Shown: positions 12,810 to 24,794 of the stretch, piece after piece
Numbering within the stretch: the stretch's first letter is position 1
How the letters are laid out: every line of letters starts with the position of its first letter
The notes under the pieces: model-generated
Seen by the model: the letters and a program-made list of their open reading frames with translations, nothing else
What the model was told of the DNA's origin: nothing
The model's database searches: none
Made by a program: the position numbers and the translations under genes
From: Toensbergia leucococca
Taxonomy: Eukaryota
DNA length: 63,809 bases
Direction: 5' to 3'
Assembly: GCA_022813965.1 (NCBI GenBank)
Contig: JALDZS010000140.1
Location: forward strand, 1-63,809

Positions 12810-14121
12810 ATCTAGATAAGAGTATGGGACAATACTGAGCCAGGAGATTGAACTGGGTAGTCATCTGCGTTACATGCTACAGATAGACCGAAGATCCTAC
12901 CTCATGACTTCCATGTGATAGCGTATCATTTGTATGCATGGCGTGAGACTCGGTATTTGCAAGTGGAACCCTTTCAAAGGTGCGATGAATCTTTTCGGAG
13001 GCAGCTGATCTGTGTTATCACTTTCTGTTGTGATGCTCAGGAAGTTGGAGGTGTCTAGAGAGTAAAAAGAGAGGACCCGAAAGGAAGAGATCCGCAGTGA
13101 GCGACTAGTGCTGGAGAAAAACAATTCTCGTACTCGTAGGTAGGTAGGGATGAAAAGATTGGTGCTATATGCAGGATGAGGTTATTGTTGCCTCCGAGGT
13201 ACCTCAGACCGCCGAGATGGTAAACGTAAGGTATTTGATACGATTCACACGAGGTACTCGCGGCTTGAAAAAAAAAGAAAGAAAAGGGCAAGATTGAGTA
13301 AGGTACCTTAGCCTTCCCACCTAAAATTTCCACTTAGGTATCCATACATGCAAAAGACAACCTAAGGCTTGACCTCCGACCGCCCAAAGAGGCTTAGCGG
13401 AGTGGCTAGCCTCCGAGCCACCCTTCACTTTGTCTCGTCTGACGCCCGAGTGGGCCCCTGAGGCTACTAATGATGACTAAGCGACTGGCTAGGTGACATG
13501 ATTGGGCAATGGAAGGTACTGCGGAAGGAACACGCATCCACACTGGGTGTGCGCCTAAGAATTTCCCAAAGACTTGCCTACAATGCCCTACCTACCTTAC
13601 CTAGGAGTGCCTTTAGGGTATTTTTCAGGTGTCGAGCCGCCTATAGAATAGTGAATCGCCTGCCACCCTGCCCACTCAATGGACACGCTTGACACTGCCG
13701 AGCTGCATCCATCAAGTTGTACATGCGATTGACCAATCACCGCCTCGAAAAAAGGACTGTACCACTGCAAGAACTTTTCGAACCACAGGTACTCAACGTA
13801 CCTTAGCGATATCTCATGTTCGCTAGTCATCAGATGGTGTTTGGTACTTACCTACTTAATTCAAATGCAGCTGTGCCTGATTCAGACGTCATTGACGCTA
13901 TGTCAATGGAAAACTCTTTTCAATCAAGGCCTTCAATTGCTTCACATTGACTACGACTCTCGTCAACGGGCATGACTAGAGAAGATTCAGTCTTCTCGAA
14001 ACTGTGCTGGTAGCTTGCAATGGTCCTTGACACCATTAATAACTACTTCCTCGTGTCCTATACCACCCACATATAGTCTTGACGTTTGGCACGTGTAGAG
14101 TGTCGGATCTGAGCTAAAGAA

Positions 14122-15906
14122 ATGTCTCGGTTCCATGTGAACAGAGGATGGGAGCGGTATTTTTCTAGTCTATCTTCAGATACTCTGGGAAAGATCGCGG
14201 CCGAGTCACATATAGAGAAGCTTACTTTGGACGAAAAGCGTATCTTTTCCGGTCAAGATAACATAGAGATGTGGCGAAGAAATGCGGAAAACGTTGGTAT
14301 GTGATGCTCTTCCCTGCCAATCAGTGGGAAACTTGACGTGCCGAGAAGCCATAAGCTCCACCTTGAATCTGGTAAGCCCAGGCCTCCAATTGAATAGCAT
14401 CTTCACACGTCTTGCTAACTCCTCTCCATCGCTGAGGGCGACATAGACTCCACTGGAGATGCCATCTAGTAAGAGCATCAAGATTACCTACATGTCTCAA
14501 TCGCTAGTGCTCACAGTCTAAGTTTCATTAAACAGCAGACATCGTGGAGTACCCTTCAGGCTTCTGCTGGTGCAGTCCAGCGGCTCCTCACAGCGCACTC
14601 TGTTTCGCCTGTTTTCGTCGAAGCGCTCTATTCTTTCGGCACAAAGGTTACTGGCGACGATGACCCGTACTTTAGCCTTTGCGAAGAGCGGCATACCTTG
14701 TCACCAAACGTACGTGGTAAGTAAGAATATATTTGGTCCTCGAGGAGTGCTTAGCTCACTGTCGCTAGAAATATGCTACATACTTCGCACATACGAAAGA
14801 CATGGGAGACCAAATTTGAATGATCCATGGTCCCTTCGACAGTCGTTGGTGTACCATAAGGATAACCGCGAAACTAAGAAGTCTGTCTGGATATTCGTTC
14901 AACTTTTCCAATGTTGCAAGGATGCGTTATGGAAGGAACTTACTGGAACGGAACCGTGGCATCTTATGAGGCCACATTATTTATTTTTGAAGATAATCCT
15001 GCCCGATTGGCGATGGTATTTTGATTATCAACGTCGATTCCTTCGTGAGTTTGTGAGTGGCTTGTTCTGCCCATTTATATTTGCACACGGCTGAATTTAG
15101 CCAAACAATAGACCGAGAAAGCGATGCATTCTTCGCTAGCACAACAGCGCATGGATTATGAGATTGATTTTGTCGACTGTCAACGACTCGAAAGAGCTCT
15201 AGAGAAGCTGTCCCTATCTCGGGAGATCCTGATGGCAATTAAGCATATTGCATGCACACTACAGAGCCTGAGTGATTATGACAAGTCCATCAGCAATTAT
15301 GATCTGCGGATTATTGCCGGCAATTCGCAAGAAATATTCATGCACATCAGCAATATTCGAGGATATAGGAGAACAGCCTCAGCTCTCCAAAGTCGCGCAA
15401 TAAGGACTTCCATTCTCGTAAGTTCGCCTGGTTGGAACAAAAAGACTCTGGTTGAAGTGATTGCTCTAGTTAACGAAACTTCTGGATTACCGAAGAATGG
15501 ACTTACTTGATACCGATACGAAGACCCTGGCTCACCTGGGCACCGAAGCTAGCTCACAGCGAAAGCACCTGCAAGCCATCTTGGAAGAAACGAAAGCGGA
15601 CTATCAATGGACTAAGGTGACGACCTTTGTCGCAACAATACATCTTCCTGCCAATTTATTGGCTGTAAGTACATCTTGCTCAACATTCGCAACCTTGACG
15701 AAGCTAAATGCTAATGTGAGAAGGCGATTTTCTCTTCCAATCTTGTTTACATCCCTCCCAGTAGAACGGACAGTAATGTGGTTTTGCTTTCAGTGCGCAA
15801 CGCGATGGGGATCTATGTCGCCTTGTCTCTTTTACTGACAGGTTTGACGATCACGGTATCTTACCTTTGGAATCGCCGTTCCCTTACAATGGCCAGACCA
15901 CTTTAA
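14122..15906 (+). CDS. Fungal CorA-like membrane protein (two C-terminal TM helices), multi-exon
   Basis: Spliced segments FIKQQTSWSTLQ...SPVFVEALYSFG, CYILRTYERHGR..DPWSLRQSLVYH, DWRWYFD. The C-terminus KVTTFVATIHLPANLLA|AIFSSN...IYVALSLLLTGLTITVSYLW resembles the CorA TM hairpin; the GMN motif is absent. The 5' exon structure is uncertain. Confidence 0.7.
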
Positions 15907-17482
15907 TTCTGTGGTGGACATACTTATTTTCTACTCTTGGTAGTTTCTAGTGTATCACCTCTCAATGGAAGCAAAATTTTAATTCCCCAATATCACGCCT
16001 GCTCACTCTTGGAGTCTTGAACTCCTGAAGGTCGTCTCTTCATAGGACCTGGAATGTTTGCTCAATTACAACTAAGTGCATGTTATGAGTTTTAGAGTAT
16101 CATGGAATACTAGGAGCAATTCTAGAACTAGGAGCTACATACGCTAAAGTTGAAGGTGCCCATATTCGCTTTTCATCTCCTGGGTACATGCCCTCAATTC
16201 CTTCCTTGAATCAGAGCATCTCAGTCTTGCCCGCAGCAAACAGCTTTTTTTTTGGTGGGCTTATTCTTTGGGTTATTTTTGAATAGAAGTTTCCTCCTCC
16301 TAGAACAATCATTGGTTCTTCGTTGTGGTAGAACAACAGGGACGAGGCTATGTACCTTGGTAAGCTTCCTGGGGATTCTCAACGTATATGTGTCGTCCAC
16401 ATGCTGTGAGAGGCTGATGCATTAGTGGAAGCAGCAACCCAAGGACGGAATACCTACATCAAAGGAAAAGTTTCCCTCTCCAAATTTTTCTTTTAGTAGC
16501 TTTACTAGCTTTGCGCCATCAATGTAGCGCCCATCCAGCGCTTGAATCTGTTGAGGCATCTTCCTTTCAAAAGAAAGATATGGTCGATTTTGAATGACTC
16601 AAAGCACATTGATGGCCTTAGAGACAGGGAAGCTGAGTGGACTTGCAGGTAGGGTCTACCATTGCAACATCTGCGCAGTATGAAGGACTTATTAGTCAAT
16701 ATCCCTTTGAACAGCCTTGTGCCTTTATTACTGCATGAGCAGAGCCTCATCGCAACCCAAACGTCTTGGCATTTAAATGCGTCATCACTGCCACGCATCA
16801 GGCAATCAGGCAATTAGGCAGAAGTACGCCGCATATGTGTGATGAGCTGGCAAGTCGTTCTCACCGTATCAGGCTGCTCGGACGATGAGAGGTATCGTTC
16901 ACTCCACCATATGTGCATTGTACATCTCTAATATCTACCGACTAATAAGGTAGGCCGGGCTGTCGAGTTCACTATCCTAGCCTCCGGCGGTCAAGAAGAG
17001 GGTGGGTGGGTGCTCCATTGTTGGATATACGATGAAAATTTCGTCATGGGCTAGAAGGTAGAGATACATGCTGAAACATGGAGACCAAAGACCGTGCATT
17101 GCTGACAATGTCAAGTTCCCTTCAATCAAGTCCTACAGCTTGAAACTGGATTGGCTTCATTGCGTACGGTACCAAGGATATCTATGTTGGAACGCCAAAG
17201 CGATTAGGCAGGGATTGCCAACCTTGTCGGTCCTCCGAGACCCAGAATATTTCATTGGCCAAGCCTCCATTTTACAGGTAGCGCACAGAAGACTTGAGAA
17301 GAAGGTCGAAACGCTTCCGCCTGGCGCTTCCAGCCTTGTAGTCCGTGCCTTTTTCCCTTTCCCTTTCACGCCCATAGCACCCAGGGTATTCTTTTGACAG
17401 TAAGGAATCAACTCCATAAACTCCATCTCAGCATTTCAACTTAGCAGTAGGACAAATCTTCCTCTTGCCGGCTTGTTACCAG

Positions 17483-20400
17483 ATGGATACTACAAAATGC
17501 TCGACTTAGTTTGGCGAGCAAAGCAGCTTAGCGACCAACCACAATACAAAGATATTCGGTCCAAGCGCATCCCCTGTACGTGCATCGGAACGATATGGAG
17601 GCTATAGCTTCATTGCAGTCTTAGGTCTTGCCCAAATATTACGCATTCCCTTCTTGCCCATCACCTGGCAAGCACCACTCGGCCTCATAGGTAAGGGCGG
17701 CCAAGCGGGGATCAATCAGGCTCTCATCAATATTCAAATAAGCTTCGCCTTTAAGAACTTCAAGTACTTACCCCAAGATCCTTTTCGAGAGATCGTTCAG
17801 GAGATGGTAGTGCTTAGTCATCAGCTTATTCGGGAACACAAGCACATTGTCAGGCTGGAAGGAATCTGCTGGAATATCAAATCGAGCTTTCAAGTGCGTC
17901 CGGTCTTGGTCTTCCAGAAGACTGATCTAGGAGATCTCCACAAATTTGCTATATCGGAGAAGTTCAAGCACTTATCGATCGAAGACAAAGTAGACCTTTG
18001 TGTGGACGTGGGCATTGCCGTTAGAGATATGCATTGCAATGGTATTGTTCTCTATCTAGAATCTAGGCCATACCTGATCAGACTGTAGGCATCATACATG
18101 GAGACATTAAACCCGCCAACGTGCTAGTATTCGAGGAGGATCATCGAGTTATTGCCAAAGTAGCTGACTTTGGATTTGCTTCGTGCCTTCAAGGCGAGAA
18201 CGATTTGCTGTCACTACCAGTGTCAGAGCCTTGGGATGCACCGGAATACTCCGACCATCACTTCAGGCCTAGAGCCGCCAAGAAAATGGACGTCTATTCT
18301 TTTGCCTTGCTATGTACTTGGCTTCTTTTTGAAGCTGGATGCTCTGGTGGTTTATCGCTTCCTCCTGATACGAATTTGGAAACGGGTCAAGCCCTTAGCT
18401 TTGAGCCACTTCAATCGGAAAAGAACTTGCTCCAGATTTGGAAAAGAGACAGCAACGACAAATTAGTAAAATGGATCAGCTGGCTGGTGCGTGAAGACGA
18501 GCGCCTGAACACCAGAATGAAGCACAACTTGACCCAATTTTTTGGGTCCGCTTTAGCATTTGATCCCGCCTCAAGATGCATAGATTTCGAGCATCTACTT
18601 GCTCTTCTCAGCGTTAGTCAGTAAGCGCTGTCAGTACTTATGTTCTTAAGCACCCTTTGACAGACAGGACAGAGTCTTGCCGAACACGGAAGATGTCCAG
18701 ATTGAATTGGCTCCAGACCAAGAAGATTTTGAGGCTTTTAGCCCCAGAAAACCTTTTGCGACCATTGCTTATATCAGCAGATTTCTCCTTCAATTACAGA
18801 TTTCTACTACGCGGACTTCAGATTACGTGAGCACATTTTTAGAACCCTTAGCTCTGTAATTACGAGAGACGCAGAATTTGTTGTGCATCGTATGCCTCCA
18901 ATGAAAGCAGCCTTACAGCTAGCCTTATCCTACTCGATCGGGTTTGGAACCCGCAAAGATGATGAACAAGCAACATATCTCCTGGAGAAGTATTCACTGC
19001 AACATACAGAAGTTACAAACCGGATACAGTCGATCAGTGATGGACTAATTCAGTCCTTCCCCAAGGATGACCTATTTTCCCATTTGAGTGATCAAGGCTA
19101 TGCTTCATTTCTCGACTATACCCAGTACTATCGGGAGAGAAATTTGCTGGAGAAAGCTGAAATTACTTGTAGACGAGAGATTCAGACAACGTCACTGATC
19201 TTTGGCGATTCTCACCCACTAAATTGGGCACTGAAGTATGTCTTGACGTTGTTGACAGCAAGTCAGGGGCGATGGGAAGAGACTCAAGAGCAACAAGTAC
19301 AGCTGATCAAGTCCGTCTCGGAAAGATTCGGGGAAGAGTATCCTGCTACGTTATCTCTCGGGGGTTTTCTTCTGGGGACATATGTCGAGCAAGGACGATG
19401 GAATTGTGCCAAAAAATTAGGGATACAGCTATTACGCAAGAATGAAAAAGTCTGGGGCGCTGAACACCTTCGCACAGTGGCTTGTGCGGCTAATCTGGCG
19501 CATGTCTTTAGGCATGAGGGAGAATGGCAAAATGCCGAAGAGTTCGAAAGACAGGTAATGGAAATAAGAATGAGAACGTTAAGCGTTAGACATCCAGAAA
19601 CGTTTATCAGCATGAACGACCTTGCATTGACATATAGTAAGCAGGGGCGGTGGAAGGAGTCCGAAGAGTTGACTTTGCGGGTAATAAACGCGTGTCCAAG
19701 TGTGCTTGAAGCTGAGCATCCATTCATCTTTGATAGCAAGGATAATTTAGCTTCCATATACATTAAACAGGGACGGTGGGAGGAAGCTGGAGAGATTTTC
19801 GCCGATATGATAAGGGTGAAGGAAAAGGTTTTAGGCCCGGAGCATCCACATACCTTGATTAGTATGGGCAATCTGGCGTCCGCCTACCTCAGCCAGGGTC
19901 TATCGCAACAAGCTGGAAATCTAGGGTTGCAGGTTGTGGAATTGAATACGAAGGTACTCGGCGCTGCGCATTCACAGACATTGATCAGTATTGGCAATCT
20001 GGCGTCTGCATATTCAAGTCAGGGATTGTGGCAAGAGGCTAAGGAATTGGAAGATCAGGTCATTGAAAATAGTTTGGAGACACTGGGAACCGACCGTCTT
20101 ATCCTCATGAGTAATCAGGCGCTTACTAGTAAACGTCAGGGTCGATGGGAGGAGGCTGAGAGATTGGGAAAGCGGGTGATGGACATGATGGAGCAAAAAC
20201 AGGGCATTGAGCACCCAGATACATTGACATGCATCGATAATCTTGGTTCTGTGCTACAATGCCAGGCCAAATTCAAAGAAGCAGAAGTGATGCACCGCAA
20301 TGCACTTCATACAAGAACAAAACATGATCCAGGATTAGACAACCCAAGCACACTGGTGTGCATGAGTAATCTCGCCTTGGTACTCGATGAACAAGGCAAA

Positions 20401-21027
20401 TACAAGGAGGCCGAGAGTCTACATCAACAGACAATGGAGAGAAGGAGCATCGTACTAGGCCCACAGCATCCAAGCACATTGTCGGGTATCGATAATCTCG
20501 GCACTTTACTGAAAAACTGTGGACAGTATAAAGAAGCAGAAACGTTGCATCGGCAAGCACTCAAGGAGAGAGAGAAAGCGCTAGGATCAGAACATTCAGA
20601 TACATTATCAAGTATCAATAATCTTGGCGTGGTCCTCAATCACCAAGGTCATTATGAGGAAGCCGAGTCCCTGCATGAGCGAGCGCTTCAGACACGGCTG
20701 AAAACACTGGGGCCAAAGCATGCAAACACACTAAAAAGTATGAACAATCTTGCCTCTGTTTACATGGACAACGGCAAACTCGAAGCTGCAAAAACGGCAT
20801 ATCGCAAGCTGGTGAAGACACAGCAAGAAGTCTTGGGGCCAGAGCATCCTTCCACGCTAAACAGCAGGAACAATCTTGGTCTTGCAATCACTTATCAAGG
20901 AAATCATGAAGAGGCAGCAATGATGCATCGAGATACACTGCTGATTTACCAAAGCGTTTTAGGGCCAAGGCACCCTGGCACGTTGGCGAGCTACATGGAT
21001 CGTAACATTACCTCCCCCCGCAACTAA
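17483..21027 (+). CDS. Protein kinase - TPR repeat protein (kinesin-light-chain-like 42-aa repeats); one in-frame TAG at 17507-17509 (codon 9); last repeat truncated
   Basis: FLPITWQ, IGKGGQAGI, FAFK, HKHIVRLEG, spliced IIHGDIKPANVL, ADFG, WDAPE, MDVYSF, then roughly 15 repeats of the type LGPEHPxTLxSMxNLA. One intron (18734-18780) needs a GC donor. Could be a pseudogene. Confidence 0.78.
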
Positions 21028-21250
21028 GCAATGCCCTCATTACTTGTGAGACCTCAGCATGCTCCTAGCCCTAATTCATCCTCCTTACCTATCATCCGTT
21101 ATGAGCCCTATCCTTCAAGTCCTTATCCTTGGAATTAAAGTCCTTGTCCTAGCTGCGTACGAGTACCGCATTTCCGGATCGCTGCCTCCTCTTTGTGACC
21201 TTAATCTTCTATCACTGCGGGGGACTTGTACTTTCTCCTTCACTGTTCAA
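20992..21250 (-). mobile_element. Probable LTR-retrotransposon fragment (polypurine tract plus the first bases of the 3' LTR)
   Basis: The minus strand reads GAGGGCATTGCTTAGTTGCGGGGGGAGGTAA-TGTTACGATCC, i.e. a purine tract followed by a TG..-type LTR start, exactly where the TPR array breaks off. The distal boundary is a guess. Confidence 0.45.
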
Positions 21251-22002
21251 TCTGGGAGACATACTTTGACCATTAAGAGAAGGATCACTTTGATGAAGGA
21301 TGTTCAGCTGTATAAACCGGTGTGAGAGGGAGCATAATAGAATAAATGCCGGCGGTGAAATTGTCATGTCCGCTGCCAAGATCCGCATTATTCAAGTCAG
21401 TCAATGGGCGGCATGCTAATGCAAGAACCCATGACCCCAAGGTGGTGACTGAAAGGTTGGGCCGGGCGGATCCACTACTGCACAGTTGGCAGCGGCACCG
21501 GTGATAAGACTGTCGCGTTGGCAATGCACTCGGCCGACAGAAGAAAAATCTCATAGTTACAATCATGCCAAGGTATACTCGCTTGATCATTTCATTTGAA
21601 CTCGGGGAGGAGTCGAATCTTTAATTCTGATGACGACGTCAATTTACCTGGGTACAATTAGCAGCTTAGGTGATCATCCTATACCTTGCTGGACAGTGTG
21701 AAGACCGATTCCCCGTCCCCAAATAGCCTCACGAGCGGTCTAGCTGACGATCACACATATCCCCGCAATCATTATTCTTCTGAAGTTTGCATAGCCTATT
21801 CCCATTGATCCTTTGAGAATCAAATTCTATGGTCAGCAGAGCCATCTCACCTCACACATGACGTCTATCTTCCACCGCAATTTCATGGAGGTAAGATACA
21901 GAGTTCCTTTGTCACTTAGTATGGGGTCCGTGTTAGATCAGCCCCAATGAGCATACCCAATGACGAATGTGCTTCTGCGCATGTGTTGTCCCTGTGAGAC
22001 TC

Positions 22003-22140
22003 GAATTGCTCCCGATCTAAACAGGTGAGATACCAGGCGAGTTTTATGCACTTCTCCTCGCCATGATGACCGAATGAGGCCTCTGAAACCCGAAGATTAT
22101 TCATTTTACCATGCCGAATGATGATCATGCTCTAATACCA
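22003..22140. repeat. Left copy of a ~140 bp degenerate inverted repeat (partner 23826-23960)
   Basis: The reverse complement shares blocks such as ATCATTC..CATGGT.AAA, GAGGCCTCATTC..TCATCA, GTATCTCACCT.TTTAGAT and AGCAATTC with the partner. Confidence 0.85.
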
Positions 22141-22341
22141 AGTCCTCAACAGTATGCACTCTCTGTAATACGACGAGGAGGGGTTAGTATGCATTCTCTG
22201 TGATACAATGAAGAGAGGTTGATACTGGAAGGGGAAGCGAGGGATATAAAATAGGAATGTTTGTTTACTTCCCATTTCACCAGAACATTTTTTGCGTTCA
22301 ATTCATCCAAAGTGTAAGTCCAGAAAGCTTCCATTTCGACC

Positions 22342-23699
22342 ATGACGGAGCAAGGTCTGATGCTAGCCCTTTGTATCGGGGTCGCGATGATGTTGTTTGA
22401 CAGATTCCTTCGTGAGAGAAGCAAGTAAGAACCCTAAGGAAAACCTCCGACATCACGCAAGCCAACCGCAAGCTCAAATCGCTTACGTGCAGCAGAGAGG
22501 TCAAAAAACATAGAACGTCACTTACAAGCGGTGACGCCCTTGAGGACACGCTTCGCGCACTTGAGAGTACCTCGCTCGCCGTCAGGGCCTCGAAGCCGGG
22601 TACGACCACGTTGAAACTTCTATTCCGCCTCAACAACCCGTTTGTGTCGAAATCTGTAGAGCTACAGCAAGCCTACAAGCAGGAGCTGATGAGTACTTTT
22701 GGCAAGACTAACTGTGAAGCATGGACTGCCATTGCACATACAGTTGCACATTCACTACAGCCTCACCTTCGCCGCATGGAAGGTGTTGATGGAGCTTCTT
22801 GTCTTGTCTCTAACGTCAAAGATGTCAGTCGCGATGTGACACTGGCCGCAATCTTGCAGGGTCTGTTTGGCATTGACAATGTAGCCCCTGAGTTGCTCTC
22901 ATACATCGGCACCGAGATCCATCGACTTACTGTTGGAAAGAAACGGTTCGACGCGGGTGCCGCCAACCCAGATCTCCTGCCGCAAGACCTTCAGCGCGCT
23001 GCAGACCGCTTAATGGACAAGCTCCGCGAACTGTTCTCCGAAGCCAAGGAATCATCCAAGCTCGCGAGGAGGCTATTGTGCTCTGTCTCTGGCACTCCAA
23101 CCGATTTTAATCCCCTAAATTTGATTGTTCCGGCTTTTGAGGCGCCCTGGAGGGCAACATACTACACTTTGTTGGCAACCTTGCAGTCCGGCCCAAACCG
23201 ACCAGCCAATTTATTCACTCTTCGAGATTGCGAACCCCATTTACAACCGCCTTCAGCAGCGCTTGCAGTTGCCTACGAGTCTCTTCGACTATATCCCCCA
23301 GTCCGCCGCGTCCGTGGAGATGGCCCGGTTGATATCGAAGCAATCCAGCAAGATCCCAAATACTGGGGCCCTACAGCAGGTGGATACGACCCCTCGCGCT
23401 TTCTTGACGAGAACGGAAAATTAAAAGGTTCTCTGGTTGGTCCTGGTTCTGCATGGATGCCTTTTGCGGTCGGGACGATGAAATGCCCTTCCGCCGGTGG
23501 GTACTCTGCCCGATTAATACTCGTAATTGTGGGAGAGGTTTTAAGGCAGCTGTTCCTGGACGACTGTACACCTCGCTGGCATCTTGATGGCCCTGAATGG
23601 AACTCGTCTGCTAGAAACGGTAACACGCTCCGTGCTGGAAGGGAAGAATACGCTAGCGTCCGCGTTGTTGTTACTTCACCGGCACGAAACATTCGATAA
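22342..23699 (+). CDS. Atypical short cytochrome P450; intron 22425-22492
   Basis: N-terminal hydrophobic anchor, ExxR (YESLRLYPP), PERF-like (YDPSRF) and heme motif WMPFAVGTMKCPS. TATA-like TATAAAA at ~22244. Confidence 0.8.
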
Positions 23700-23825
23700 G
23701 CTCAAAAGGTAGAATATGCATATCTAGGTGTCGTGACCCAGCCACAAAGCACTTACGATACCTTTGTTGAGGATGGTAGTACAAGAGGCCTGACTAGGCA
23801 GGTGAACCGTAGAGCACGGCCTTTT

Positions 23826-23960
23826 TGGTATGATGTTGTCATCATTCAACATGGTGAAACGGATCATGTTCAGGTCTCGGAGGCCTCATTCAATCATCAG
23901 GGCGAAAAGCATTGTATTCAATTCGTATAGTATCTCACCTATTTAGATTGTTAGCAATTC
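23826..23960. repeat. Right copy of the ~140 bp degenerate inverted repeat flanking the P450
   Basis: See 22003-22140. The spurious translations (..VSEASFGHHGEEKCI / ..VSEASFNHQGEKHCI) also match. Confidence 0.85.
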
Positions 23961-23994
23961 ATCTCTAGTGTATGCTACAATCAACCAACCTGGC

Positions 23995-24699
23995 ATGATG
24001 GAATCCATCCCACATGACCACCCCATGACTCAATTTTTCAACCAAATCGGGTCCAAATACGAAGAAGCCTACACGCACGACGAGGGTCTTCACAAAGCTG
24101 TCACAGACCTCCTCCAGCTCCTTCCACCCAAAGCCTTGGTGCTGGACTGCGGCTGTGGCACTGGCAAGCCCGTCGCCACCATGGTCGCAGGCTCTGGACA
24201 TCGCGAGCATGGAATCGACCGCTCGGAAACGATGGTCGAGATTAGTCGCAGGCAAGTCCCTAGCGGTACGTTTGAGAAGGCCGATATGCTCAAGTACTGT
24301 CCCGAGGACGCAAGCTTCTCCGGGATCATAGCTATGCTCTCCTTGTTTGAGCTCAATCGTGCGGAGCTCGTGTCTGTGGCGGATCGTTTTCACCGGTGGC
24401 TGCAGCCGGAAGGTTATCTGCTGATTGGTGTGATTGGCGCGGACGATCGTGCAAAGGATGTCGAGGCCGAGATGTGGGATGCGGACGGTTTATTCGCAAG
24501 TGGGATTCCAACTACATTTATGAATCATCTGGAGCTCAAGAATCTGTTTACAAAGAAGGGGTGGATTGCGTTACTTGAGGGAGCTGGGCTGAAGGTTCTG
24601 AGTGCTGAGGTGGACGTCTTTAAGCCACCGCCAGATGCGGGTTGTGATGATGAGCCGCATTATTTTGTTATTGCCAAAAAACCCCCCAATCATACCTAG
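23995..24699 (+). CDS. Class I SAM-dependent methyltransferase, intronless
   Basis: VLDCGCGTG motif I, GIDRSETMV, ADML, WLQPEGYLL. Confidence 0.88.
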   Translation: MMESIPHDHPMTQFFNQIGSKYEEAYTHDEGLHKAVTDLLQLLPPKALVLDCGCGTGKPVATMVAGSGHREHGIDRSETMVEISRRQVPSGTFEKADMLKYCPEDASFSGIIAMLSLFELNRAELVSVADRFHRWLQPEGYLLIGVIGADDRAKDVEAEMWDADGLFASGIPTTFMNHLELKNLFTKKGWIALLEGAGLKVLSAEVDVFKPPPDAGCDDEPHYFVIAKKPPNHT

Positions 24700-24794
24700 A
24701 GCGGCACACATCACTTATCAGGGTGAGATGTCATGGGGGTTCCGAGGTTATTCTAGTGAGAAGACCCCCAAAACTTCAGATAATTACCTGAAGT

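Noticed and set aside
13130..13860. Recurrent TAGGT/ACCTA motifs between the kinase and CorA-like genes
   Set aside because: Similar motifs occur in many intergenic regions here (8790-8850, 37790-37850, 41673-41690); they look like generic low-complexity promoter sequence.
19110..20990. Regularly spaced repeats as a CRISPR-like or DNA tandem array
   Set aside because: These are protein-level 42-aa TPR repeats, divergent at the DNA level, in a eukaryotic gene.
21916..22128. Short ORFs 21916-22128 (-) and 23733-23930 (+) with similar translations, as paralogous small proteins
   Set aside because: The similarity is explained by the DNA inverted repeat, and the starts and stops do not correspond.
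22405..22495. Apparent frameshift in the P450 5' region at a GAGAGA run
   Set aside because: A canonical GTAAGA...TGCAG intron (22425-22492) restores the frame.
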